Translations under genes and position numbers: made by a program
In this document: positions 39,770-50,926 of the stretch, piece by piece
Position numbering within the stretch: position 1 is the first letter of the stretch
Layout of the letters: each line of letters opens with the position of its first letter
The notes under the pieces: model-generated
The model's input: only the letters and a program-made list of their open reading frames with translations
Told to the model about the DNA's origin: nothing
Databases searched by the model: none
Assembly: GCA_030950485.1 (NCBI GenBank)
Contig: JAUZRK010000001.1
Coordinates: 39,998-103,997 of the forward strand
Direction: 5' to 3'
DNA length: 64,000 nt
Source: Candidatus Dojkabacteria bacterium
GTDB taxonomy: Bacteria; Patescibacteriota; Dojkabacteria; J137

Positions 39770-40389
39770 CTACCCTACTATTTGTTTTAAATATTTAATC
39801 TGACTGATTAGAATCAACAAAGAGTTTCTTGGGCCTAATATTAAGTAGTTTTGACCAGAAGCATTGTGTATTCGTTCTAATTCTAACTTAGTTGGATCTA
39901 AAAGTTCTTTAAATTTCGAATTTACTTTTTCGCTCGCTCTAGATTTTAATTCGTAGTTCCCATCCTCATCAATTGTAAATAGACAAAAAACATCATCGCC
40001 TTTAGTATAATTAAGATATTGAACCTTCATACTGCTGACTACTATTTCTAATTTTTCATGTCTATTTGTAATATTTACGAGAGGTAGTTTTATAGTAGAT
40101 CTATCTATCTCTGCAACTGACATTATTGATATAGTAATAAGTGGATGCGGCAGCGATTGGTCTTTAGTTATAACAAGCTCGTACTGCTGTTTGAAAAGTA
40201 TGTCTTCAAACATAATAACTATGTTTGTATCGCTTTTAATATCAACATTAAATTGAATATCTCTACCCACGATTGCTTCGTCCCAAATATCTAATATATC
40301 TTCTGCAAATGCTGGATATAAGTTTAACTCTTTATCGTAGAAAGGTCCTTTTTCTGTTTACTCTTCGATATTGTTTTATTATCAGCCAT
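39770..40389 (-). pseudogene. Hypothetical protein with a probable frameshift near its 5' end
   Basis: The frame of 39770..40270 extends upstream (VTEKGPFYDKELNL...), but the nearest ATG (40389) is out of frame. Confidence 0.45.
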
Positions 40390-40432
40390 AAATCAGTTTT
40401 GAATATATTTAGACATTATTTAAGTAATAAAA

Positions 40433-40786
40433 TTACTTGTTAGATTTATCCAATTGCTCTCTCAACTCTTCATTCTCTTTCTGTAAAGCTTCGATAGCCT
40501 TAAAAGTTAGTTCATTAAATTTCTGTTGCCTCATACTCTGTTTCTCAACAATATTAAAAGTAATATTTCTTATCCTTGTAAGAAATAATCTCTTAGCTTT
40601 GCTGATTAAACCTGCTCTTTTAGGTGGTTCATAAGAATACAAAGAAGACAAAGTATCTTTCGAGTTTTCAAGAGCTGGGATGATAAGTTCAGAAAGTATT
40701 TCTGAATTAGTTTTTTTTGCAGCTACAGAAGTACCTTCATCTTCTAAAACTTTGTTAACTCTTTCTAATAATCCATTATCACTCAT
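40433..40786 (-). CDS. Hypothetical coiled-coil protein
   Basis: 117 aa, RQQKFN motif; co-oriented with the upstream genes. Confidence 0.65.
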   Translation of the reverse strand: MSDNGLLERVNKVLEDEGTSVAAKKTNSEILSELIIPALENSKDTLSSLYSYEPPKRAGLISKAKRLFLTRIRNITFNIVEKQSMRQQKFNELTFKAIEALQKENEELREQLDKSNK

Positions 40787-40788
40787 GT

Positions 40789-41979
40789 TTAATTTCTATA
40801 AATTGGATTAATTATCATCTCTTCAGCTCCTAGTGCAAAATCTAATTCTAAAAATGAATTATCTTTATACTGATACCATTTTGAGTCATTATCAAAATCT
40901 ATTTTTATTAAAAGTTCATATTGCCCCAAACTAGTACATTCAATAGTTTCTTCATCGAGTTCTAGTGGTATTTCACTAGCAAATATCTTCTGTTCAATAA
41001 TATTGCCTGCAATATTGAAATAAACAAACTTAAGCTCATTTACTTCATTATTTAAAGTATATCCGATGAAATCATCATTTGAGATTGAGCAAGCAGTCTT
41101 AAAATTGTTCTCTATAAAATTGTCTATCGCTAAATCGCTACCTATATAAGTTTTAAACATTGAACTTATAAATGGGTTTATCTTAGATTCAAAAATCACT
41201 CTTTCAGAATCCTTACTGAAGACTAAATTTGTAGGTACTAAGTTTATATCACCTTCACTTTTAATTCCCCCTAAATCCCAAGCCACATTCCCTTTTGTAG
41301 TCAACACCCTTATTACATAACTTATTGTATCTTTTACAACAAGGTACTGACCATTTTCAGTTATTTTAATAATATCAGCATTTATAATTTGTTCTTTTAA
41401 TATTTGATTATCAGCTTCTAGATCAAGACTTTGTAACCATATTTCATTTTCTTCTTCACCTTGTGTAAAAAGTATATTTTTATCTCCACTCCACTCATAG
41501 CTTTGAATTCCTCTTCCAACTTCGTTAAAATTTGAAACTTGTTCCCATGACTCATTTTTAAATGAATATATCCATAGATCGTATTGTTCTATAGTCTGAG
41601 TCTCTCCCTCAGCATCTTCATAACTAAAATCATATGGCTTAAGTGCGGATAGATATAATCCATCATTAGAAAATTGTAGATTTTTCCAATCATCTCTTTC
41701 TAAATTAATATCTATTTCCTTACTATTTTTATCAATAGTCATGATTGTCTTGTCAGCAGTAATTACAGCATACTTTATATCTTCTGTCGTAAATTGATCC
41801 AACGGATCCTCAACTTGATTATTACCATCATCTGGATTACTAGTGGGTTTAATATCAGTTATTTGACCTGAATCTGAAGATTCTGAGTTAGGAGTAGAAG
41901 AATTTAGCGCAACAAAAGCTACTCCAAATATGAGCATTAAAATAACTAGGACTATAAATATAAATTTCTTAGATAACAT
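40789..41979 (-). CDS. Membrane-anchored TolB-like beta-propeller protein
   Basis: N-terminal TM; FSNDG, WSGD and FSKDS repeats. Confidence 0.65.
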   Translation of the reverse strand: MLSKKFIFIVLVILMLIFGVAFVALNSSTPNSESSDSGQITDIKPTSNPDDGNNQVEDPLDQFTTEDIKYAVITADKTIMTIDKNSKEIDINLERDDWKNLQFSNDGLYLSALKPYDFSYEDAEGETQTIEQYDLWIYSFKNESWEQVSNFNEVGRGIQSYEWSGDKNILFTQGEEENEIWLQSLDLEADNQILKEQIINADIIKITENGQYLVVKDTISYVIRVLTTKGNVAWDLGGIKSEGDINLVPTNLVFSKDSERVIFESKINPFISSMFKTYIGSDLAIDNFIENNFKTACSISNDDFIGYTLNNEVNELKFVYFNIAGNIIEQKIFASEIPLELDEETIECTSLGQYELLIKIDFDNDSKWYQYKDNSFLELDFALGAEEMIINPIYRN

Positions 41980-42667
41980 CTTTTTTATAAATCTTATATA
42001 AGTTCATTCTATCTTCTTTCCCATCAGAAAAAAAGCTGTCTACTAGTAATAAGTTACTTTCCGACTCTATTAATCTTATTTCATCTTCATTCGAAAAGTG
42101 ACAAAATCTGTAAGTTGAGTTATCTTTTCCAAAAGTTAACAAGTAATCATTTTCTCCAAGACTAACCTCATTGTAAGCGATATTAGATTCCTCTAGTTTA
42201 TGGGATTCTACATACCCTTCAATAGCAGCAAATTGCCAGAATGTATTTATAAATATTCCCATACTATGCAATAAAATATTTACTGAATTATATACGTTCT
42301 CTCTTGCTTTGTTATTTTCCAGGTGATGCATAACTCCAAAACAAACAATCAGATCATACTCATCATTTAGTTTTCTAGACCATTCTGAATCATTTAAATC
42401 TATTTCTATAAATTTTTTACTAGCATTTGTATTTTTAGTATTATCAATTGCAATTTCTAAAAGTTCCTTTGAGTTATCAATACCTGTATAACTTTTAACA
42501 TCAATATGTTTTTCTTCTAGAAAATCCAAGAATCTTCCATTCCCACAACCTATATCAAGGATCGATAAAGGTTTATTATCTATATATTCAGTTAGTCTAC
42601 CCCACCCTTTCCAAGGATATGCTCTGGAATTAGAGAATTTTTTTGCGTGTGTAGTATAAAGATTCAT
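41969..42667 (-). CDS. Class I SAM-dependent methyltransferase (Trm9/ALKBH8-like)
   Basis: FSNSRAYPW, ILDIGCGNGR and VMHHL motifs. Confidence 0.85.
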   Translation of the reverse strand: MNLYTTHAKKFSNSRAYPWKGWGRLTEYIDNKPLSILDIGCGNGRFLDFLEEKHIDVKSYTGIDNSKELLEIAIDNTKNTNASKKFIEIDLNDSEWSRKLNDEYDLIVCFGVMHHLENNKARENVYNSVNILLHSMGIFINTFWQFAAIEGYVESHKLEESNIAYNEVSLGENDYLLTFGKDNSTYRFCHFSNEDEIRLIESESNLLLVDSFFSDGKEDRMNLYKIYKKDVI

Positions 42668-42726
42668 TAGATGATATAAATATTTTATTCAATTATAATG
42701 CATTAGCTTTTTAAATAATAAAAGAT

Positions 42727-44118
42727 TTGACCAAACCATATTCTAAAATTTTTGAACTTAAGTTTTTTTCTCACCTTATATTAATCTTACTTAGTTTTGG
42801 GATTTTAACTATACCCCTTGTTACTGGTTTTAATAATTATACTCTAGGAAGAGGTTGGGATTTGCCAAAGGTTAATTTATTAATGCAATTATTAGTATTA
42901 CTTAGTTTTTTAATACTAGTGCAAAAAACTTACTTAATCTCTATTAATAGACTGAACTTTAGTAGGGCTAAGAAGATTCTTCTGCCTATAGTTCTTTTAA
43001 CCTACCTATTTATAGTAACAATTAATTCTAGTTGGACTAGAAATTTAGATCCAGATACTGAATTAAATAGTATTTATAAGTTCCTCTTTCATAATATTCT
43101 TGGCAAGACTGAACTAATCGAAGTAAATCAATCTTTAGTCGGAAATGCATTTAGAGAGACTGGATTTGTGTTTTATTTTATCTTATTGGTATCTCTATTT
43201 CTAATCTCATCTTATATAAACAAAGATACTATTAAATATATATTTTTAGCTTTTATAACCTCTTCAATTTTACAGTCATTTATTGGGCTAAATCAGTTTT
43301 ATAGACTCTACCAAAATGACCCAGAAAATATTTTTCTTGGAGAAAGAGTTTATGGAAGCTTTGGGCAGGCAAATTTTTTTGCAGGACATATTTTTATTGG
43401 CTTCTTTATTTCGGCATTCTTATTAACTAATTATAAGCAAAGGTCAAAGCTTAAAAATATAATTCTTTCAATTTCAACTAGCTTAATACTTTTAACACTA
43501 ATACTGTCTTTTTCAATTTGGATTTATGTAATCATGGTTCTATCCTTACTATTTATTCTAATTTATAAATACTTTGATAAAAAATACTATAGGAAAGTAT
43601 TGGCATTATTTTTTATTTTATTAGCAATCCTAGCAGTTCCATTAGGTTCCTTATTTGTTAAATATAATAGTGAGTATGAACATAGAGTAACTATTTGGGA
43701 GGATGTTATTAGAGTTTATATTCAAAACCCAATTGATGGTAAAGATGATATTAAACTAATGTTATTTGGTTCAGGTTTTGATACTATGGGCGAAGAATTT
43801 AGAGAATGGAATAAAATTCCTGGGAACTACACAGATAGGTCGCATAATATAATTTTTGATACAATTGCTTTTACTGGAATTTTTGGATTAGTAGTACTAG
43901 CTTCCGGACTGATATACATTTTTCTTAGAAGAAGTAGTTTTAATAGTGAACATCAGTATTTGCTTTTTACACTTTTCTTCTTACTATTAGCTAGAAACTT
44001 AGTTCATACTTACTCTGCTGTAAACTTATTTGAGTTATTCTTGTTTGGTATAATTTTACTGAATAGTGGTTTATACACTACGAAAGATCTGCAATCTGAT
44101 AAAGAGATTGCAGCTTAA
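42727..44118 (+). CDS. O-antigen ligase-like (Wzy_C) membrane protein
   Basis: RVYGSFGQANFFAG, RVTIW, FGSGFD and DRSHNIIFD motifs; many TM segments. Confidence 0.85.
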   Translation: MTKPYSKIFELKFFSHLILILLSFGILTIPLVTGFNNYTLGRGWDLPKVNLLMQLLVLLSFLILVQKTYLISINRLNFSRAKKILLPIVLLTYLFIVTINSSWTRNLDPDTELNSIYKFLFHNILGKTELIEVNQSLVGNAFRETGFVFYFILLVSLFLISSYINKDTIKYIFLAFITSSILQSFIGLNQFYRLYQNDPENIFLGERVYGSFGQANFFAGHIFIGFFISAFLLTNYKQRSKLKNIILSISTSLILLTLILSFSIWIYVIMVLSLLFILIYKYFDKKYYRKVLALFFILLAILAVPLGSLFVKYNSEYEHRVTIWEDVIRVYIQNPIDGKDDIKLMLFGSGFDTMGEEFREWNKIPGNYTDRSHNIIFDTIAFTGIFGLVVLASGLIYIFLRRSSFNSEHQYLLFTLFFLLLARNLVHTYSAVNLFELFLFGIILLNSGLYTTKDLQSDKEIAA

Positions 44119-45973
44119 ATCCTCTTTTATCATAATACTCTCTTGTCCCAATAGCTGAGATTACAGCCAGTTTACTAAATCCATTCTCTTTCGCAATCTC
44201 TTTAGATTTCTCGATTAATTTTGAACCTAAGCCTAAATGTTGAGCTTCACCTTTTGAACCTTTTGACAGTTCTAGACTTGGACCGTAAACATGTACCTCA
44301 CGAATAATTGCAGAATCTTTTAACTCATAAGATACACTTCTCATGCTTTGTCCCTCCCCTTGAGGGGAGGTTAGGTGGGGTGAATCACCCCGGTCTTTAC
44401 GTGGAACTGATAATCTCAAAAAACCAGCAATCTCTCTCTCCTTCGTTATGTATTGTAAAAAGTACTCAGTACTTACAGTTGTAGAGAATTTAATAATGTC
44501 TAATTCAAGATCATCAAAAGTAACCTTTTTTCCTTTAATTTCTCGAGCTCTGATATTTGGATTAGCTCTACTCTCTTTCTTTAATTTATATTCAACTACT
44601 TGTCTTAAATTTGTAGTTTTATTTCCAGCCTCAATTTCCGTTGAAGGTATATCTCTAATTACTCTAGTTATTCTAGTATACTCGGGTGCAGTCTCCATCA
44701 TCTCTGATATTAGTTTAATCAAGGTTTCATTATCATATGGTTCGTATTTGCCTTCTTCATATAAATCACTAAGCTCAGTGTTTTTGATAATTGATGTTGG
44801 ATAAATTTTCACTTCGTCAGGTTTATAATTTTCAGACTCATATAACTCATGCCAAGATTTCAAATCTATTTCTGGTCTTGCACCGTAAAGATTTGGCATC
44901 ATATGCGCATGGATTTTAAACCCAGCTTTACGAAGCAATGCAAATGCGTTCGCTGTGTGAACCTTATGTTCTCCTCTTTTATTTAAATCGCTTATATTGT
45001 CGTCTAAAACTTGGATTCCAAGTTGTACCTTAGTAGCTCCGAGTCTTCTCATTCTATAAACCTCTTTTTCAGTTATTAAATCGGGTCTAGTTTCTAAAAC
45101 TAAACCAACACATCTTATTTTCCTAATAGCATTAGTTTTATGTAAATCTTCTAATTCTTTCCATAAATCATCAACTGAAGTTTTACGATCGTATGTTTCT
45201 AAAGCTACATATTTATTTTCAAAACCTTCCTTAAACTCTTTAGTTCTTACAAGCTTATTATATGAATCATCTCCAATCTCATCTCTTAATTTTTCATTAT
45301 AATCCTTTGATAAATATTCTTTCATCTCAAGAGCACTTAGAGTATCTTGTTTATCGTCAACATCGCTACTTATTTCAAATTCCTGCATAGCTCTAAAACA
45401 TTCTTTAATAAACCAAACTTGATACTTTTCTGGATAAGATGACCAAGATCCACCAAGAATTAGTAGTTCAATCTTTTCAGTTGGATGACCAATATTTTTT
45501 AATGCTTTTAGTCTATTGAAAGTCTGTAGATATGGGCTAAATTTATTAGCTAAAGCCCTCTGCGCTCCTGGCTCTGTCGCTATATAACTCTTTGGCATTC
45601 TTACATCATTTGGACAGAAGACACACTTCCCAGGACACATCCAAGGTTTTGTGAAAACAGTTACAGTAGTTACTCCTGAAATAGTTCTAGTTGGTTTCAT
45701 TTTAATAAAACCTTTTAGCTTTTGAAAACTGGTATTATCTTTTACTTCTTTCTCTAACATCTCTATTCCTTGAATAAGTTGGTCTCTAGAAAAGAGTTCT
45801 GATTTATCTTTCGGATTATTTTTTAATATTCGTTCAATTTTTTGATTAAACTTTATTCTATTTTTTTGTGTTATTTTTCTAAATTCGTCAGTGTCTATCA
45901 AATCTAGGATTTGATTTAATATTATAGTTAGCTCAGTTTTATATACCTCAGGACTGAATTGATATTTTTTCAT
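44078..45973 (-). CDS. elp3: Elp3-like radical SAM / GNAT tRNA U34 acetyltransferase
   Basis: CPGKCVFCP, ETRPD, IREVHVYG, QHLGLG and ISAIGTREYY motifs. Confidence 0.92.
   Translation of the reverse strand: MKKYQFSPEVYKTELTIILNQILDLIDTDEFRKITQKNRIKFNQKIERILKNNPKDKSELFSRDQLIQGIEMLEKEVKDNTSFQKLKGFIKMKPTRTISGVTTVTVFTKPWMCPGKCVFCPNDVRMPKSYIATEPGAQRALANKFSPYLQTFNRLKALKNIGHPTEKIELLILGGSWSSYPEKYQVWFIKECFRAMQEFEISSDVDDKQDTLSALEMKEYLSKDYNEKLRDEIGDDSYNKLVRTKEFKEGFENKYVALETYDRKTSVDDLWKELEDLHKTNAIRKIRCVGLVLETRPDLITEKEVYRMRRLGATKVQLGIQVLDDNISDLNKRGEHKVHTANAFALLRKAGFKIHAHMMPNLYGARPEIDLKSWHELYESENYKPDEVKIYPTSIIKNTELSDLYEEGKYEPYDNETLIKLISEMMETAPEYTRITRVIRDIPSTEIEAGNKTTNLRQVVEYKLKKESRANPNIRAREIKGKKVTFDDLELDIIKFSTTVSTEYFLQYITKEREIAGFLRLSVPRKDRGDSPHLTSPQGEGQSMRSVSYELKDSAIIREVHVYGPSLELSKGSKGEAQHLGLGSKLIEKSKEIAKENGFSKLAVISAIGTREYYDKRGFKLQSLYQIADLS
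44350..44391. repeat. REP-like hairpin inserted in-frame in elp3
   Basis: TCCCTCCCCTTGAGGGGAGGTTAGGTGGGGTGA; encodes SPHLTSPQGEG. Confidence 0.75.
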
Positions 45974-46034
45974 CCAGTAATTATACCACTTGTAAGACTA
46001 CTTAAAGAAACCGTAGAAATTTAACTTCAAATGA

Positions 46035-46697
46035 TTAGTAAATGAAATCAGTCCAATCAATGTGATTAATAGAACTATACTTGTAGTCTGTTGGATAATC
46101 GTATCCCCATTTTTCAGCGTGTTTCAAATGATTATTTATTGTATATAAGTATTTAACATTAAATTCTTTCTCATTACGAATTACTCTATAGTAAAAAGAC
46201 TTTTGCCATTTGAATTTTGGATCATTTGATTTTGGTATATCTTTTCGATGTCTTGATATGTAATCGTGTATTTGTTCTAGGAGATTTGGTAGAGAGGCAT
46301 TTGTATGATATTGCCGTGAACGTAGGGGAAGAAACGTTTCTTCCCCTACGTTGCCTCTGGCGTTACTCCCTGCCATAGGCCCATTCGAATCAAACATCAA
46401 TTTATTAAACCCCATAATCGTATTACAGCTATGCGAAAACTGTTTCTTAATAGAAAACATAATTTTTGAAATATCAGACTTTTCTGATGGCTTAATAATT
46501 AGATGTAGATGATCATACAATATATTAAATGCATACAACTCGAATCCATGAATCTTTTTTGATAATTTCAATTGCATAATTAATAAGTCAGCGAACACGT
46601 TGTTTTTAAAATATGGATAATTATTTTGTGTTTTTGTTGTTATAAAATATATGGCATGATCTACATAAAACCTTTCTGTTGTTTTGTATTTGTTCAT
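46035..46697 (-). mobile_element. REP-associated tyrosine transposase (RAYT, Y1 HUH)
   Basis: YFITT.T, DHLHLI (HUH) and WQKSFY.RVIR......Y..NN motifs; adjacent GTAG palindromes. Confidence 0.88.
46319..46352. repeat. GTAG-type REP inside the RAYT coding sequence
   Basis: Perfect 34-bp palindrome AACGTAGGGGAAGAAACGTTTCTTCCCCTACGTT. Confidence 0.9.
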
Positions 46698-46782
46698 ACA
46701 TAATGATATACAATATAACGGGTTTTATAGATCGCAAAGAAATCAATATGAAAAGTTTTAGCAAGGAATTAAATCAAAAATT

Positions 46783-46820
46783 AAAGAGTAGGTGAAGAAA
46801 CATTTCTTCACCTACTCTTT
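46783..46820. repeat. GTAG-type REP upstream of RAYT (may also terminate the helicase transcript)
   Basis: AAAGAGTAGGTGAAGAAA-CA-TTTCTTCACCTACTCTTT. Confidence 0.88.
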
Positions 46821-46839
46821 TTAAATTTACCTTCTATTC

Positions 46840-48665
46840 CTATGAGTTCAAAATAATTAATTCACTCTTTGCCCTTGTTGCTGCTACGAATAATAGTTGT
46901 CTATCAACCTTTGTAAATTCTTCTTTAGATATATCACATTCTAATTCAAAAAACTGGTTCTTATCTAAAAAGCTATTTTTATTTGCAATAAATACAGTAT
47001 CAAACTCCATTCCTTGAGAATCTTCTGAAGTTAAGAAATGATAATTATCTGGCCAGTTTTGATTTTTAGAAAAGTCTAATTCTTCTATATATTTTGAAAG
47101 AACTCCTACCTGTCCTTTATAACCTGTATCTACAAGCTTGTTTAATTCAGCTGTAATATGTTCATGTTTTAATTTATCATTTACAAAATTCATTTCAATA
47201 ACCGCTTTTCCAATTTCTGTTACCATATCAACGTTTACATCATAGTCCTCTTTTTCTAACCAACTTAATATAGACTTTGTATTCCTATATGCTTTAGTTA
47301 GAGTCACCTCATTATCAACAGGATATCCTTCTTCTAATTCATTCCAACTTCTTATTGTAAATGGTTTTGTTCTTTGGTTAATATCTCCAACATAGGTTAC
47401 AGAGTCGAATTTGACATCCGTAATAATCTTAATTATATCAAGCTGCATTGGCAACCAGTTCTGAACCTCGTCTACAACGATATGACTATATACTCTCTTA
47501 TGAACTTCTGTATTCTTGCATAGAAGTGCAGTATCAATATCATCTAACCAATAATCTTCTTGCTGATTATTTATAAATGATTTAAATATTTTTAAAAATG
47601 GGGATTTAGATTGAAATGAGTTATATATATTAAAAAGCCTATCTAAACCAACATTTTCTTTACCTATGTTTTTTAATGCTTCAAGTTTATATTTTCTAAT
47701 TTCATTGAAAATGATTTCAGGGTTTAGATTTGTACCTACTTCCATTTCATAATTAAGAATAGATAATGCCTGATCTTTTGTTAAAGCTTTATATCTTTTA
47801 TTAAAGTTTTGATTTACTACTGCCAAAGACCATTCCAAGAAGGTTAAGACTTTTGCAGTTTTTATTCCTAAATCAAGTAGTAATGTACTAAAGTATTTAA
47901 TTGCTGAATTATCACTTACAAATACAATTATATCTTCAGCTTTAAAGTACTCGGTAAACTCTGGTGATTGAATTAAATAAGCCAATCTATGTAGAGCAAG
48001 AGTTGTTTTTCCAGAACCTGCTGGACCGGATATTAAAAAGCCTCCTTTTGGATCTAATCTAATTATTGTATCTTGAGCTGCTTCAAGTTGAGCTATTATC
48101 TCTGGAAGTGCGAAATCTTTTTTCTCTGATAAATGTTTATGAAAAATAAGTTCTCTTTCATTATCTTCCCTATCTAAAGTAAGATATGTGATATCACTAT
48201 TTGTAATGATATAACTATATTTTTCATTTATAAAAACTTCTTTACGCTGACCGTTTGGAATTTCGTACGAAGCTTTACCGTTTTTTTTTAATCGTAATCT
48301 TGCTATTGGAGATATCCAAGAGACAATATTTTCATCTCTATCAAAATGTTTACCAATAAACAGATTATAGTTCTGGCCATGTCTTTCTGAGTCAAAATCT
48401 ATTTTTGCAAAGTAAGTAGAATCTACTAGCTTTTCTAAACTATCTGCATCCTCGATAAACAGAGTCATTTTGGCTAATGTTGCTGCCTTTGCTTCATTTG
48501 CAGGATCTGCTGGATTCTCGATTATGTGCGCCAGGTCAGGTGCTGCATTCTTGATCTCATCTATTCTTTCTTTATAAACTGAAATTCTTTCTTTTATACT
48601 TGAGATTTTATTTTCTAAAGTTTTTTTCTCTTTATCGAGAATGTTCTTTTTTTCTTTTTATCCAT
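46840..48665 (-). CDS. HelD-like SF1 helicase/ATPase; true start probably 48665 with a 1-nt slip in a poly-A run
   Basis: YFAKIDF..IGK..SW.SP, GPAGSGKTT.ALHRLAYL, VDEVQ, GDINQ, YRNT and GMEFD motifs; the frame extends about 60 codons upstream of 48468. Confidence 0.8.
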
Positions 48666-49040
48666 TTAAAGAGAGTAAAAACTAAAGTGGGTGTGCAAAG
48701 ATCAAGATGAAATCTCATCTTAATTTAATAAGTATAAAGTGCAATTACTTTCTTGCGTGGGATCAGGTTTCCAAAGTCGTGAATTTATTGTACCATTTTT
48801 AATAAATCCGCTCAAATCAATAACCATTAAAGCAATGTAATGACATATTAAATCAATGATAATAAATGAAAGAATTTATAGAGTTAAAGATACCTTTATC
48901 ATTAAGTCATTTCAAACCAGTTTACAAATCAGCGAGCGATGGATTATTCATACATGCTATTCTATTGACAGCCACAAGTGACAATTCTGTACATATTATG
49001 TATAATCCATTCGTAATTTTAACCTTTTATAATAAGCTAT

Positions 49041-49604
49041 ATGGCAGATAATCCAGATGATAATCAATATATTCAGTCTGATGATTCCGATAAAATAGAC
49101 ACTAAACAAAATACAATAGAATTATCTTTTTCAAGACCAGAGGAATATTCTTGTAATGTATTGATGGCTAAACTTCAGGGAAATGCTCTAAGCTATGAAG
49201 AAGTTAAAAGAATAAACAATGAAATCTCATCTGAACTGGATAGGTCTGAGCCTGGAACCATAGTAGTTCTAGATCTAACAGAGTATACAATACCTGCAGG
49301 TAATGTATTCGGAGTAATAATAGATATTTTTAGGAATTCACAAGAAGGTCATAGTGTTTATAATCATAAGAATTGTATTAGTCCATGGCTAGCAGTCCTT
49401 AGTGATAAAGCAGGTAGTCGTTTTATAGATACTCTTAGATTAGCATTAAGTAATGGTGTAAGGATGCTGTCTAGAGTGACAACTGTTGATGTCAACTTTG
49501 TAAATGGGATGAATCAACTAACTTATAGAATCGAACAGTTAGTTAGTAATAAGGGGATAGAAGAAGACAATGATAGACAAATAATTGATTCAGATGAATC
49601 TTAA
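49041..49604 (+). CDS. Hypothetical protein (weakly STAS-like)
   Basis: 187 aa; IVVLDLTE segment. Confidence 0.55.
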   Translation: MADNPDDNQYIQSDDSDKIDTKQNTIELSFSRPEEYSCNVLMAKLQGNALSYEEVKRINNEISSELDRSEPGTIVVLDLTEYTIPAGNVFGVIIDIFRNSQEGHSVYNHKNCISPWLAVLSDKAGSRFIDTLRLALSNGVRMLSRVTTVDVNFVNGMNQLTYRIEQLVSNKGIEEDNDRQIIDSDES

Positions 49605-49693
49605 ATAATAAACTGTTAAACAAAATCATCCATTTTTATTTATGCCTATACAATTCAATACAATTTATAGACACTCTTAGTATCTATCTAATA

Positions 49694-50077
49694 ATGTTGT
49701 ATACTAAATATATGAAAAATAGTGACAATCAATCTGAAATTGAAAAAATTCTTGAACCTGATGAAGCAAGCCCAACTGAATTGGATGCTAGAATTAATGA
49801 TCTAGAAGAGAAGATAGAGAAATTAGGATTATTAAGCAGGTACTCTACTCTACAAAGACAATGGGACAAAAGTCTTGTTAAACTTTTAACAATGATTGTA
49901 ACTACTTATATATTTGTAGCAGTCGTTATGTATTTCTCTGATGTTTCAGATTTTCTTTTTGCAGCCTTAATTCCAGCTTTAACATTTGTAGCTTCAACTG
50001 CAGCATTACCTTTCGTTAAAAGATTCTGGGTAAAAAGATATGTAAAAGCTGAGAAAGAGTCAGCGAAAATTACATAG
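49694..50077 (+). CDS. Small 2-TM membrane protein
   Basis: Coiled coil plus two hydrophobic helices; likely start MKNS, 6 nt after TATACT. Confidence 0.7.
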   Translation: MLYTKYMKNSDNQSEIEKILEPDEASPTELDARINDLEEKIEKLGLLSRYSTLQRQWDKSLVKLLTMIVTTYIFVAVVMYFSDVSDFLFAALIPALTFVASTAALPFVKRFWVKRYVKAEKESAKIT

Positions 50078-50858
50078 CGGCATTCCATGCAAGTTCAAAC
50101 ATTTGCCTTTGGAACTTTGCTATTTTAGAATTATAAATCTCAAGACCAAATACTTCGTCATCATGCCAAGTATAGTAACTAACTATATCATTATAAATAT
50201 CAACTTGATGAGATATTTTTAAAACGTTGCTGGTAATAGTTTTAGTTTTAAATGCTTTTTCGTTCCCCGAAGCTAATACTGGTTCATCAGTATAATCTTC
50301 ATTAACTAAATCTCTAAACTTTAGTTTTTTTAAAATAAACTCCATTTTCCATTTTCTATAGAAATCTAAACCAATAAGTTCAGAAAGATCTCTAAAAGTA
50401 TATCCAACTATTTCTTCTTTAGCTTGTAATATATTCCAAACCATTTGCTTTATTCTCTCTGTCCCTTTATACATAATTACTTTAGTTCCCGGTTGTGAAA
50501 GAGAAATATCAGACGCTATAAAGTTACTTAATTCAGGTAGTAACTTTTTTAAAGTTTCAGTTTTTGATTCATGCTCTTTTACTAACAATTCCAGTTTATG
50601 TAATCCTACAGGCATTAGTATTTTCTTATTGTCTTTCTCTACTTGCTCTATTAATCCAAACGCTATTAGTTCTTCTACAAATCGATAGGTAGAAGTTCTG
50701 CTTATTCCAGTAGTTCTTGAAAGCTGAAGTACAGTCTGTCCTCCTTTTTGCATTAACGCTAGGTAAAGTTTAGATTTCTCTACATCTAAACCAAGAGTTG
50801 ATAGAAATTTTAGTATTATTGTTAGGTCTTTCATAGAGAATGTCCGGTTATAGGACAA
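50070..50858 (-). CDS. TrmB-family transcriptional regulator
   Basis: LGL...KLYLAL...LSRTTGISRTSTY wHTH; IYNDIV...FELAW. Confidence 0.85.
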   Translation of the reverse strand: MSYNRTFSMKDLTIILKFLSTLGLDVEKSKLYLALMQKGGQTVLQLSRTTGISRTSTYRFVEELIAFGLIEQVEKDNKKILMPVGLHKLELLVKEHESKTETLKKLLPELSNFIASDISLSQPGTKVIMYKGTERIKQMVWNILQAKEEIVGYTFRDLSELIGLDFYRKWKMEFILKKLKFRDLVNEDYTDEPVLASGNEKAFKTKTITSNVLKISHQVDIYNDIVSYYTWHDDEVFGLEIYNSKIAKFQRQMFELAWNAAM

Positions 50859-50926
50859 CAGTTATACTCTATTCTATTTCTAGACTATAATATTGTCAAG
50901 GATGTTTAATTTTATAACAGAATATT

